Positions 28,101 through 41,306 of a DNA stretch of 64,000 nucleotides are shown here, in pieces. The position numbers were made by a program, and so were the translations under genes. Source of the DNA: Octopus vulgaris (taxonomy: Eukaryota); assembly GCA_951406725.2 (NCBI GenBank), contig OX597816.1, forward strand, positions 106,454,001 through 106,518,000, in the 5' to 3' direction. The stretch's first letter is position 1. The number at the start of each line of letters is the position of its first letter. Under the pieces are notes generated by a model. It ran no database searches. It was not told the origin of the DNA and saw nothing but the letters and a program-made list of their open reading frames with translations.

Positions 28101-30268
28101 AAAGGTCAACTATATGGATGGAAGATAACATTAGTTAGTAATTAGGCAGGCTGCAGCTATCTACATGGATGTTAACCCTTTTGTGATTATATTTCTAACA
28201 AGTATACTGCTTCTGTGCTTCAATTAATTTTCAACATAATCAAGGTTTTGGGTAGAGAGGTTAGTAAATTATTTGAAACTTAATATATTGATATATTATG
28301 CTGCTGTTGCCAAACTGAAATCCCACAATATCATTCTGCTTATATTGAGATTTTACCTTGAATACAAATGATTTAGAATGAATGGTCTAGGGTAGGATAT
28401 AAATAAATAAATGAAATAAACAAGAAACAGATTGCAACATATTGATCAAATTTTGAAGTTCAAGTTCGATATCAGATTACAAAACTGGCTCTCAGATAAG
28501 GACTGCAGCAACACCAGCAATCAATTTTGTTATAGGCATAAAACAAATATGTAAGAAAAGCAATATTGGGAAGTTGTGAGATTTATGCATTGGCAAATGG
28601 TATAGATAACATAAATGGAATAAAATGGTTGCAATCTGGGATTGAAATTATGCAGCAGACTTGTCTCTACATCATCAAAAATGAAAAATAGTTTTCTTTC
28701 TTCACTTAAGTGAGTAGGAGGTAGACAAGGATAAAGAAGAGATGTCAATTTATAATGAGTTTTACAGGAATAAATGTTTTAATAAAACTGTTTCTTCGAT
28801 TGACCTCAGTAGCTAATACTGTATCAATGTTCATTAAAGAGAGTGTTGTTTGCTGTATATAATTTAAAAAAAAAAAAACTACATTGGTATGCTTGCTAAA
28901 TAGGGGGGAAAGTGCACCAATGAAAGCCACCACTTTACAACTAGAAACTCATACTCATCCCCTACACTTATATTAGCAGCAGCACCACCACCACCACCAC
29001 CACTACTACTATCAACCATTACAAACAGATTCCCGACTATTTTCCCATTAAATGAGATTAGAAAACACTGGCCTGACTGCTAACCAATAGTCATATAACT
29101 TAAGTCTTATCACAGCTATTTTGAGAATTGCTTCATGCTGAACTGTTATGAGTGCCAACACAGTGGCTGAAGGATTCACACTTCATAACATGACCAAAGT
29201 TTAATGTTCTGCCTTGGATAAACTCTTACTGGTCCAGGTCATCTAGCAGCAATTAAGTCCAATGTGAAAGCACAGCAGAGTTCAAAGTTGCAAGTGACAC
29301 CATATGCTCTATTATAGGACAACCTCCACTTCTTTAATGGCTTTAACTTCAAGTGTCAGTACACAGATCTCAAACAGTTCACAACACTTTAACATTCAAC
29401 TATGTTCCCTGGCAAAAACACATTTAAACACATCACAAAATTTGAATCTCCACGGAGTAAAAAGAAAACAAAAAGCTTGATGGTAACACTAGATTTACTA
29501 AAAGCAACTGATTAATTTCATAACTCTTCAGAGATGAAATGAACCAGAAATCATTTGAGTGTAGTCCTGAAATAGTCACACCCTAGCAAATTTGAAATGA
29601 CACTAGCTTTCTCTCCTCAGCACTTACTGGTGCTAAGGCAAGTTTATTAAAAACATTACAACACACCTGCCTTTTGTATCACTTCCCACTTCACAAAATA
29701 TATCAAGATACCTTTTTCTGTTCATGACTAACCTCCAACACTTCCAAAATAAAGAATGAAAAATAAACTCAAGATAAACTATCAGTTTCGTTTGAATGGG
29801 CACAAGGCCAATTGCAACAAAATAAGGTGATGGTAGTGTGTGTGGGTGGTTAGATGAGTTCATAGTTGATTAAATCAGCAGTAATATATTACTGCTGTTT
29901 ATTTTAACAAAAACTCATCTCACATACCCAAGTTAAAATATTTCAGTCAAACCCAATGAGATCTTCAAGTCAGATTTGTGATGCACTGAACATGACCAAA
30001 CATTTTGTCTAGATATTTGTTATAGAGTCAAAATGACTAAGTAAAATATCAAACTTCCAAAATGGCTGCAAATTCATATCCTATTGAAGTTCTATGGTCT
30101 TTCATGAAAATACTTAATTCAACATGCCTCTGTTAACTTAGCTGGAGAATGCCTACCAAAACTTCCCCAAATAGTTACCAACATCAGACTAGGCTATTCA
30201 TAATGAGATTCAACTCACCTGCTCAAGGCTAGAGATTATTTGCACCATTGTGTCACCAAAGACTAGGT

Positions 30269-30355
30269 CAGTGGTTCCCAACCTGGAGTTCACAAAGGTA
30301 GTACTGGGGGGGCCATAAACTAAATTCATTTAAATAAAAGGGTTGGGAACCACTG
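30269..30355. mobile_element. hAT (Charlie-like) MITE, 87 bp
   Basis: Perfect 15-bp TIR CAGTGGTTCCCAACC / GGTTGGGAACCACTG and perfect 8-bp TSD GACTAGGT. Confidence 0.92.
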
Positions 30356-30667
30356 GACTAGGTCACTGCATTTAGTTAAAACACTGTCCTGGCAATTTCC
30401 TCCAAGCCCATAACCAATGATATAGATTTTGTCACACACAAACACAAAGCTGACATTTTAAGAATTTTTTTTTTTTTTTTGCAACAACAAGGTTCTATGT
30501 TCAATTCTACTGCATGGTGGCTTCTGCAAATGCCTTCTTTCATGGCCATGGGGATGAAATTAATGAAAGCCCATCAAACATGTCTGTTTGTAAAGGATGT
30601 AGAATCATGGCTTTGAACAAAAATACCTTATGGCATTTGGTTTGCACTCAGTTCAGTTTCTACCTTA

Positions 30668-30864
30668 CCCTTTAGCCTTCAGATTACTCTTTCAAATGTA
30701 ATGCTTATTTTGAATTAATCTTGCATTATCTTGTAGCTAAGAGATTTTCATGCCTTGATTACTTATTTTTAGAATGACATTATATGATAGGTATGAGAGG
30801 CCAGTTTTAACATAAAACTGGTAGAATATTTAGGCTGGATATGGTCAATTTGAATGCTAAAGGG
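30668..30864. mobile_element. piggyBac-like MITE, same family
   Basis: CCCTTTAGC...GCTAAAGGG|TTAA plus internal similarity. Confidence 0.7.
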
Positions 30865-31252
30865 TTAAAAGATTATGAAAATCCATTAAAATTATTATAA
30901 TTATCAAATCAATAAAGGAATAGCAATAATTTTAAATATATACAAATACGTATATATTTTCATTAATACTGATAACTTTTCTCATCATTGTGGTTGTAGT
31001 TTCAATTTATTAAAAATTGCTTACAACTTACCACCTTATGCATTATAGCATTCATTGATGATCACTTTTCCATCCTTGTATGGATCAGTCAGAGTTTACT
31101 GAGGCAGATTTTCTATGGCTAGATGCCCTTCCTGTCACCAACCCTTATCTGTTTTCAAATTAGGAAATATTTCCCTTGGAAATGAATGACATTTATTTAC
31201 AACATTTCATGATGTCATAAGGAGATAGAAACACAAACACACACACACACAT

Positions 31253-31408
31253 TGGGCTTCTTTCAGTTTCCATCTCCAAATCCACTCACATGGCTTTGGT
31301 TGGCCCAGGGATATAATAGAAGAGACTTGCCCAAGGTGGCACACTGGGACAGAACACAAAACCATGTGATTGGAAAGCAAACTTCTTAACTACACAGCCA
31401 TGCCTGCA
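31253..31408 (-). mobile_element. tRNA-derived SINE family A (representative). Other copies at about 1255-1415, 2545-2705, 2732-2845, 3100-3255, 9627-9730, 10285-10410, 15328-15470, 27593-27745, 36350-36485, 40612-41065 and 49480-49600
   Basis: Recurrent GCATGGCTGTGTGGTAAGAAG.TTGCTT.CCAACCACATGGTT...CCTTGGGCAAGTGTCTTCTA...GAGTGGATTTGGTAGA.GGAAACTGAAAGAAGCCC with an A/B-box-like head. Confidence 0.75.
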
Positions 31409-31459
31409 TCTCATTAATATCAGATTAATATCAGATATATATTAAGCAGTACGACTGTA

Positions 31460-32146
31460 AGCAACACGACAGAGTGTAAGCACCCTGAGAGAAAAGTTGG
31501 ACATAAGCATCAGTTGTGGTGTGCAAGAGAGACGACTGCACTGGTATGGTCATGTGTTGCATATGGATGAGGACAGCTGTGTGAAAAAGTGTCACACCCT
31601 AGCAATAGAAGGAACCTGTGGAAGAGGTATACCCAGGAAGACCTGGTATGAGGTGGTGAAGCACGACCGTCAAAAGTTGGGCCTCACAGAGGCGATGACA
31701 AGTGACCAAGACCTTTGGAGATATGCTGTGCTTGAGAAGATCTGGCAAGCCAAATGAGACCGTGACCGTGGCCTATGCCACTGCAACATAACCAGCCCAT
31801 TTAAGAGTACCCTTTAAAGACCTGTTGAGTCAAGTCAAGTCAAGTCATTGTTGTGGCCAATGCCAGTACTACCTGACTGGCACATTCAAGTGTGGTTGAT
31901 GCCAGTGCCGCCTGACTAGCTCCCGTGCCAGCGGCACATAAAAAGCACCATCTGAGTGTGGTCAATGCGAGTGCTGCCTAACTCGCCCTCATGCCACCAG
32001 CACATGAAAAGCACCCACTACAGTTTTGGAGTAGTTGGCGTTTGGAAGGGCATCCAGCTTTAGAAACCTTGCCAGATCAGTCCTCAGTCAAGCCATCCAA
32101 CCCATGCCAGCATGGAAAGCGGACATTAAACGTTGATGATGATGAC
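31460..32146 (+). mobile_element. 5'-truncated RTE-clade LINE (ORF C-terminus, 3'UTR, (GAT)n tail)
   Basis: ORF 31497-31757 contains RRLHWYGHV..M..GRG.PRKTW.EVVK.D, an RTE C-terminal signature. The UTR has about 50-bp sub-repeats and a GAT tail. Confidence 0.85.
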
Positions 32147-33164
32147 GTATATGTCTCTCTCTAAATATAAGCATATTATTTTGCAATTAATTTTTATTTC
32201 TTAAATTATTGTTATAATTCTATTAGAATAGAAGTAAAATCCCAAACTTTTCAAATGTCACTGACTAAAAACTACACAAATATTTGTTTGCCCATATATG
32301 TATGTTGTTTGTGTGTGCACCCTGTATATGTATGCATACATGAGTGTGTGTACATGGGTGTTTGTATATCTGAGTGGATGCTTTTTGATATGTGTATGAG
32401 AGGCGGAAATGTGTGTGTATGTGTGTGTTGCTCAGAGAAGTGTGAATAGAAAAACTTCATGTTTATGCATATATGTCTGTGATTATGTATTACTTGAATA
32501 GGAGTGTGGGCATGTGTAAGGGTTTATGTATTGAGCAGAAAGAAATGTGTGAATGGATGTGTGTAGAAGTGTTTTACATGCATATAGATGTGAATACTTT
32601 TTAATGCATATGTTTGAGTCTGGGTTTATGTATTGTTGAGTCAAAAGTTTCACCCAGAGTCACCAGGATTGATGACAGGAACATTGGAATGATCTTATAC
32701 ACCAAGTAAACAGTCCTTAACATTAAATAGTTTCTATGGATCAGGTAGTCAATCCACTCTCCCTTCAACATTGATACAGGCAGAGCTAGAAATACAATAG
32801 TCAAGTAGGTAAGAGGTTTTAAACAGGAGTGTTATATTCAAAACTAAAAATTGTCAAGGATAAATAAAATTTATTATTGTTACTGAATATGTTAGTGTTA
32901 TTTAATTTCTAAATGGTTTTGCTGCTATTTGTTTATGTAGTTTGATTTCTTTATCCATCAGTTTCTTCTAAGAAAGAGACGCAAATAAAATTAATAATAG
33001 AGAAACAAAAATACTACTTTGGAAACAGCAATGGCACCATAACTTACTTGGAAACCATGAGCGAGCTTTTGAGGGAAATAATCAGAGAAAGACTTGAAAG
33101 TCAACATAAGATCATAATGTTTCACGTAAAGTAAATATAACAAATAATCCAGATTCTTTGCCTG

Positions 33165-33330
33165 GTACCAGATCGATCCTAAAATCTAATCAGTCTGTGC
33201 CAGTCATAAGGCCAAACATCCCTGAAAGTTTGATCAGAATCCATCCAGTGGTTCTTGAGATATCTTGTCCCTGGACAAACAAACACGACTGAAAACAATA
33301 TCTCCACCTTTGCCAAGGTAGTGGTAACAA
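33165..33330. mobile_element. Helentron/HINE-like non-autonomous element end
   Basis: AAGTTT..TCAGAATCCATCCAG...GAGATATC...ACAAACAAAC..GAAAACAATA followed by a degenerate hairpin (ctccacctt..aaggtagtgg) and TAA, an architecture typical of such elements. Confidence 0.45.
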
Positions 33331-36009
33331 CTTAAAAAACCATTTCACTCAGTATTTTCTGACTATCCATCAATGATCACATATTTCATGCAATGCCCCA
33401 TGCTTTGAAGCCACCTTATGAAAGAACAAGTTTAGTGAAGAAATTTTTCTATCTTCCACCTGCTAACTGATACCACAACTCAAAAGTAACAACACTGTTA
33501 ACACCTTGTTTTCAAACTCCTTCAGCAACACATCCCTCTCCAACACTGCTACTATAAGATTCTCAATAGGAATAATATCAAAATTAATTCTAGCACTTAC
33601 AACTTAGCCTAGGACATAGGCCTTTCCAACTTTATTACACTAAATAGACAAAGAACTAACTACGACTACTATGGAATATTTGGTTGTGAAATATATTGAG
33701 AGTCTAATTGGAAAGAATAACAGAATGGTCTTCTTGATGTCCTAATAACAACACACACACAGAATCTGCATATGACAATCCTGCATTCACCAAGCAATAC
33801 TTGGAACTTTGATTCCCATTAACCATGAAGGGATCAACATCAAGCAAAACTCATATGTGGCAACCCAGACACATATCAACAAGAGATGATTAGGAAATAG
33901 AAAGTCTGTAGAATAACAACTACTGAGCAAGTATAGCATTAGCTTCCAAGACAAAGGTATAAGAGTCAAGAATATCAATCAGAAAACCACTGTGACCTGT
34001 TTAACTTACATAAGAGAAGCCTTTTGACTATAACAGACGAAATGGGGACACTAGACCAAATCTATCATTGCATGTTTTCTCATCTCAGAAATTCCAGCTA
34101 ATATATGCACGTGTGTGTGTATGTGTATATGAGTGTATATGTGTGTGTGCATGTGTGTGTATGTTTGTTTGTGTGTGTGTTTATGTGTGTGTATGTTTAC
34201 ATACACACATACACAAATTTGATGAAGAATGAAAATGATGTTATAAATTCTAAAATTGTTTTTTATTGTAACAGTTTATTTTTAGTGATATTCTCAGAGA
34301 TTAAAGACATGTTAATCCAAATTAATCTTTGCGCTGCAGTAATGTGTAGTAGTAATGACTAGAATTTTCATACTTTCAAGGTTACCACTCAAAGTGTTAG
34401 AGTTTACATATCTACATGCTACAAAAATCAGTGAGGATTCAATCAAAATTTCAACACCATGAGAAGAGCTTCTAAAAAGTTAGTTACCATGTGTAGAACT
34501 TGTTTATCTTAAATAATTCATTAAAGGAGCAGATTCTAATATCATTTCAAACATGTCTAATCACTAAAATCTGACTTTTTTTTTTTTCATCTTTTCATGA
34601 TAAAAATAAATATTGAAAAGAAAAATAGTACAGACTAAAGCATATGTCCAGTTGCTAACACTCCACAGAGTAGATAGTAGATACCATCCAGTGTAGTTGA
34701 AATAATATTTAGAGAAAAGCTAGCAGCAATTTCAAATTATTAATCCCAAATACCCAACAAAGTACCTTTAATAGAGTTAAATTTAAGATCTATGGGAAGT
34801 AAGTCAAAGTGTTAATCACTTCATTGTTGAGCCTTCACAAAATATGTTCCTGTTTTAGACACAAGACTAACAATTTTGAAAGGACTTGACTGGTACTTTA
34901 TTTTATCAACCTGTGAAAGAATAAAAAATGAAGTTGACCTTGGTGAGATTTGAACTCAGACTGTCAAAAGCTGGAAGAAATAGTGAAAAGTATTTCCCCA
35001 ACATACTAATTCTGCCAATCATTAGCATGTTGGACAAAATACTTAGCCACATTTCTTCTGGCTCTTTACTTGCTGATCTCAAATCCTGCTGAGGTCAACT
35101 TTGACCCCTCTCCTAAAACTTTTAGCCTTCAGCCAAAATTTAAAACCAGTTTTATTGTCATTATTATTATTACTATTACAGTAATAATAAACTTTCTGTA
35201 TTTAAAGCCTTTACAAGTAACAAGAATTTATTTGCATTCAAAATCAATAACAACAGAAATTAATAATACAAATTAACAGTTAAATTAAAATCTTAGTGGT
35301 CAATTCAACACCAAGTATATTAATATTTCACTCTGGTACCATATACTAAAATTCTCTGTAATATACTTATCACAGCATAATCTAAATTTATGAGATGAGT
35401 TATTTAAAATTACCATACTATTCACTTTATCAGTATTGCCTTTGTTCTACACTATAGTTTTATAGAGGCCTGGTTACTAAACTTCTGGGATGTTGCCCTC
35501 ACATGAACTTACATCAGTCATTTTCAAGAAGAAACGTAACCTAAGTCAACATCACCAAAGTAAATGACATCTGTCGTGGACTACTAGATGGATGTTCATT
35601 GACTTACCATACATCTAGAAATTAGACTCAAAGGTAAGCCAAGAAGATATTAAGAACAACAAACCATTGCAGAAAAAGCTGACATGTTCAACAACTGAAG
35701 TACTCTACAACTTGTTTAAAATTTCAACAACCAGTAGAGAAACAGAACACCAATACTTCAAACTTATACAATTTAGAGTCTTAATGGAGTGGCTTAAGAG
35801 CTGCTCTGTTTCTGCAGCTGGATCTGCAACAGAATCCTTATGCCACACACATCATGACTGGTGCAACAAGGACAATGCAAAAATCTGCAAGCTCATCTTG
35901 GTCAAAAACTCCACAAAACTTTAGAAAACAATCCATAATCTAAAGCCAATAAGGACAGTTACCAAAATCAAGATTAATATTCAACCAGGAAATCATACAT
36001 ATATGTATT

Positions 36010-36328
36010 TGCAAGTTACTTGGTGAGCTTGCTAGTATCTGTGCCATGTAAAAAGCATCCAGTCCACACTGTAAAATAGCTGGTGTTTGGAAGGGCATTC
36101 AACTGTAAAAAATAAACCAAGGCCAAAACTGACCTCGTTTATGCTGGTGCCACATAAAAATCACTCAGTCTACTCTGCAGAGTGGTTGATGTTAGGAAGG
36201 GCATCCAGCCATAAAAACCACACCAAAACAGACAGTGAAGCAAGGTGTGGTCTTCTGCCTTGCCAGCTCCTGCCAGACCATCCAACCCAAGCCAGCATGG
36301 AAAGCTGATGTTAAATGATGATGATGAT
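36010..36328 (+). mobile_element. RTE-tail-type repeat(s). Similar pieces near 10060-10250, 15690-15845, 38990-39190, 55130-55310 and 57232-57315
   Basis: Shared AGGAAGGGCATCCAGC...CAACCCATGCCAGCATGGAAA...(GAT)n segment. Confidence 0.65.
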
Positions 36329-37369
36329 ACACACACACATTATATACAAGCATAACTGTTAAGAAGTTTATTTCTCTACCACATGGTTTCATGTTTGGCC
36401 CCACTGCATAGCATCTTGGGGAAATATATTTCATTCAAGCTAACCAAAGCTTCATGAGTGGATTTGGTTGACAGAAAGAAGCTCATTGTGTGTTTCTCCT
36501 TATTTTGACATTGTGTAATTGTTGTAAACAAGTCTAACCATAACACAAATGGTGCTATACATTTCCAATGATGCTTGGAAACAAGTGAGGCTGACAGCAG
36601 GAAAGGCATCTGGTTGTAGAAAATCTGCTTCAAAAAATTCTGTTTGAACCAAGATAGCATGGAAAAGTGGATGATGATGACATATACATGCATGTGCATG
36701 TGTGTGATGGACTATCTTATATTCAATGCATGAGGGCAAAAGAATTTTACTTTTTTCCTCCTCTCTCTTTTCCCTTTCTTTGTTGCTTCTTTTCATTTTC
36801 CATCCTCTCTTCTTTTCCCTCCTATTTTCTTTCTCTTCCTCTTATACACACACACAAAAGGAGTGCTTTGCGGGATGATCTTGATAAAAAGAATAAGCCC
36901 ACACAGTGACTTGTTTAAAGTGGTAATGGCTTGAGTGGGACTGTTCAGATTTTTGCTACTACTGATAGTAACAGTTGGTGCAAGTAAACCACAAGACTAA
37001 TGAACAGTATACCTCAATTGGACAGTTGTTGATTCTCTTGAATTACTCCAGCCTCTGATGGGTCTTGCATTTTTTTTTATCCTGCAGGGTGTCCAAAAAT
37101 CACTCTCCTCACCAAGCCAGCTTGATGGAGTTGACAGTTTAGTCACAAACAGCCCAACCATGTAACAAATTGTATTGGATTACATAATACCAGTAGCACT
37201 TGAGAGCAACCTGACATAAGTATACATGTGTGTGTGTGTAAGCATACATACATATATCTACATATATATATACACACACACTTTTTCCCCCATCTTCTCG
37301 CTGAACATACATAAGTCATCTTCAACGGACTAGTCCATCATATATACACACTCACATACACAATTATGC

Positions 37370-37415
<46 letters not shown>

Positions 37416-37754
37416 TGGTATGATATTCTTAGTGTACTAGTACTAGCAGCACTTTTGCTTACAGCACACCAGTTCATGTCATAAAGCAGGAGGCAACCTA
37501 ATGTCTAAGTTCATCAACACAGTCTCACCCTCATCAAGTATACTGTCAAACCTCTCCAAAGCTACACAAGCAAACTCAGCACTTTGTAGCACCATGCAAA
37601 ACTGGAACAGCATCTTAGTGCAGCAGTAAATCCCAGGGAGACACAAGTGCAGGCTAACACTCAGGGATAAACAACCCTGATACTTATTAATCACTAGCAG
37701 GAAGTGAAAGTCTAGGAGAAGAGTATATCCTGAGGGAAACTCAAGCTCAGGCAA

Positions 37755-37993
37755 ACACCATTTGAGCATAGCCGTTGCCAGTACTGCCTGACAGGCCCTT
37801 GTGCCGGTGACACATAAAAGCACCCACTACACTCTCGGAGTGGTTAGCGTTAGGAAGGGCATCCAGCTGTAGAAACTCTGCCAGATCAGATTGGAGCCTG
37901 GTGTAGCCATCTGGCTCACCAGTTCCCAGTCAAACCGTCCAACCTATGCCAACATGGAAAGCAGATGCTAAACGATGATGATGATGATGATGA
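37755..37993 (+). mobile_element. RTE 3'UTR fragment
   Basis: Matches about 53165-53390 and ends in (GAT)n. Confidence 0.8.
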
Positions 37994-40679
37994 CAGATAA
38001 AAGTTGCACAAGCAGCCTTGAATAAAATATGTTCGTGTAAAGTCATATTTAACATACTTGAGCACACTCAGACATGGGAAGACCTTCCACTGCAGAAATA
38101 GTATGAAGAAAAAAATTCTCCTACACATGTGAAAATGTATGCATCCTATGATCCAAAGATATTTACACTATGCCCAATATATTTTCAGGTGTACATATGT
38201 GCATATATGTGAGTGTGTGTGTATATAGAGAGAGAAAGAGAGACGTGTATATTTATATATGCATGCGTGTATATATATTATTAGGTATGCAAGCATACAC
38301 ATACACACACATATATGCATTAATAGATTAATTAAAGGCATATGAAGCGGTGATGATTGAAATAAAACTATGTACATTTGTATTTAACACATTTGGGTAC
38401 ACTGCTTAATCAATCAATTCTAGCTTAAAAAAGCTTTGTACTCACCAACAATTATTTCGTTTATATACCTCCCCACTACCTTTGTATTCCACTTGCTATA
38501 GCCATCTCTACATATCTCTGACATCCATCTCTGTCACTGTTGCCCACTCTCCCTCCTTACATATCATCTCCATATTTTCTGACCTGCCTACACATTTATT
38601 ATACTTCTGCTTATCTCCCTTGCTATATTGCACTTATCGCCTAGTTCTTTCACTCTGCTCTACCTCTACTGATATTTATTCATTGTCTACATCTTGTTCC
38701 ATTCACTACATTCATCTCTAACCACCTCCTCACACACTGATGAATTTATCCACCCACCCACCCACCCCTCTCCATTCTACGTATTCTTTCTTATACTCAC
38801 CTTCTTGCATCTTGAGAGTTACACTCTGACACCTTGTCACCACCATCATAGCCTTTTTTCAAGTTACTCCCATTCATCCTTATAAAATGTGGAGTAGCCA
38901 TGTATCTCTTCTATACTTGTGCCTATCATACTTTAGTCTCTGAACACCTGGCATAAAGCCAACTCCCTCTCTAACACAACCCCACTCAAGAGCTTTCTGG
39001 TGACCTCACTAGTGCCAATCTCACAATAAAAAAATCCAGTATACTGTCATGTGGTTGAGATTAAGAAGGGCATCCAGTCATAGAAACCATGCCAAAACAG
39101 ACATTAGAACTCAATGCAGTCTTCCAGCTCATTGACTCCTGCCAACCAATTCAGCCCACGCTAACATAGAAAATGGACATCAAAAGATGACATATACACA
39201 CACATTGTTATATAATTCAGTACTTATTTTATTCATCTCTATCAAATCCAGCTTGGTTGTAAAGGAACATGACATAATCTCTAAATGCCACAAGATTTAT
39301 ATACATGTGTATAAGTAGTCACCTGCTTACTTTCTAGCTTGCAAACTTCACTCACAACATATCGATCAACCTAAGCCTTTGGTAGAAGATCGTGTGTCAA
39401 CTTCTTAACCACATCTTTCAATAAGAAGCTCATTTTTATGCATAGTTCTATTAACATTCTTCATCATGATAAATGCAGCAAAAAAAAAAATATATATTTT
39501 TAAACTTTATTGAACCCTAACACCTGTACATGTTCCTCAATCCTTAACATTTTTCATTCTTGTAACTATTTCAAGGTGAACACAGTCACCACTAATAAAC
39601 ACAATTTCTGAAAATTTCAATATTTCTCTAATGTTTATCATGTATATTTATTTTTTGTTCAACTATCAGAATATTCTATTTAGATTTTGCAGAAAGTATG
39701 TCGCTGTTGTGTTTTTGCCTTTATTTTATAGCCATCATACAAAAATATTTCAAAAGCAAATGAACTTTAAATTTATTGAAATCTCATATCATAATTCTAA
39801 ATCATACTAACACCACTCATTTCAGAATAAATATCAGCCTAAAAGTTTTGCCTGCCCTCTCTTTCTGCTTGTATAATTCCATTCAACATTTCTAATGAAA
39901 TATTAGCTGATTCAATAAGTTTCTATGTGATTGTTTAACCTGCCTGGAATAGCAGTCCAATCTCTCTCAAAGAACACCAGACCTTTAAAAGAACTCATTA
40001 GACAACAGAAACTAAAATAAACTTCCTGGAAAAAAAAAGCCTGAAGAGTCAAGGACTGAATTTTTTTTTATCACAGCTCTGCTCAATCAGGGCTAATTTA
40101 TGGATAAAGAATTTTTTTTTTTAACTACATTCAAAAAACATTTTCAAATTTAACATGAACAAAGTATTATTATAACTATTAAGGCAGTTAGCTGGCAGAA
40201 TCGTTACTAAACAGGACAAAATGCTTCACAGCATTTCTTCCAGTTTTATATTGAGTTTAAACTCTACCAAGGTCAACTTTGCTTTTCATCCTTTCAAGGA
40301 TCAATAAAATAAGTACCATTTGAGCACTGGGATCAATAGAATTTATTATCCCTCCCATTAAAATTGTTGGCCCTGTGCCAAAATTTGAAACCATTAATAA
40401 TCATTCACTTCAATGTCCACTTTGTCATGCTAACATGGGTCAGACAAGATTTCATTAAGGCAGACTTTAAACACAACCAGATGCTCTTCCTGTCCCGATC
40501 CTTATCAGTTTTCAAGCAAGATAATATTTTCTCTAATTTACCAAACAAAGAACAGCTTGGAAATGCTCTTGCAGTAGTTTGTAAACCAATGACACTGCAC
40601 ATTTCAAGACAACTTCTTCCAGTTTCTCTCTACCAAATTTCATTCACGAGGTACTGATCAACCCATGGACAAAGTAGAG

Positions 40680-40961
40680 CATAGGTTCTCAAAGTGGCTG
40701 CTACCCGCCCCCACCAGTGAGCGCTGGTGCTGGGAGGCGGGGGGTAAGAAAAAGGAGGCGTTGGAAGGCAGTGTATTGGGGGATGTTATGAATTTATTAT
40801 ATTATAGTATTGTATACAAATTATATTGAATACCAAATGATTCATAGTATATATAAATTAGTAAAATATTAAATATTTATACATAAAAATAAGGGTGGCA
40901 GCACTGGGGGTGTTATGTGACCATGAGGGAGGGGGTGACCCAAAAAGTTTGAGAATCTCTG
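40680..40961. mobile_element. hAT MITE inserted into a SINE
   Basis: TIR CATAGGTTCTCAAA / TTTGAGAATCTCTG with imperfect 8-bp TSD (aagtagag / cagtagat). SINE sequence resumes on both sides. Confidence 0.75.
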
Positions 40962-41092
40962 CAGTAGATGATGCCAACTGACAGAGTTTACACAATGGGA
41001 GTGAACACTGGCATATGTGGTTCCAAAGCAAACTTCTTAAACCACACAGCCACAGCTGTGCCTACATTATTCTTATTACAATGAGCATTATT

Positions 41093-41306
41093 AAGGTGGT
41101 CAGCTGGCAGAATTGCTAGCATACCAAACAAAATGCTTAACAGCATTTCATCACTTCTACATTATGAGTTCAAATTTGCTGAGGTCAACTTTGCCTGTCA
41201 TCCTTTAAGGGTCGATGAAATAAGTACCAGTTGAGTTCTGGGGTCAAAATAATAAACTAACCCCCATTCCCCAAAATTTCAGGCCTTGTACCTATAGTAG
41301 AAAGGA
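41093..41306 (+). mobile_element. tRNA-derived SINE family B (representative). Other copies at about 2125-2345, 6773-6980, 18120-18265, 20540-20750, 34880-35145, 40181-40395 and 41500-41680
   Basis: Recurrent AGCTGGCAGAA...AAAATGCTT..GCATTT...GAGTTCAAAT..GAGGTCAACTTTGC.TTTCATCC..AAATAAGTACCAG, ending in an (ATT)n tail. Confidence 0.7.
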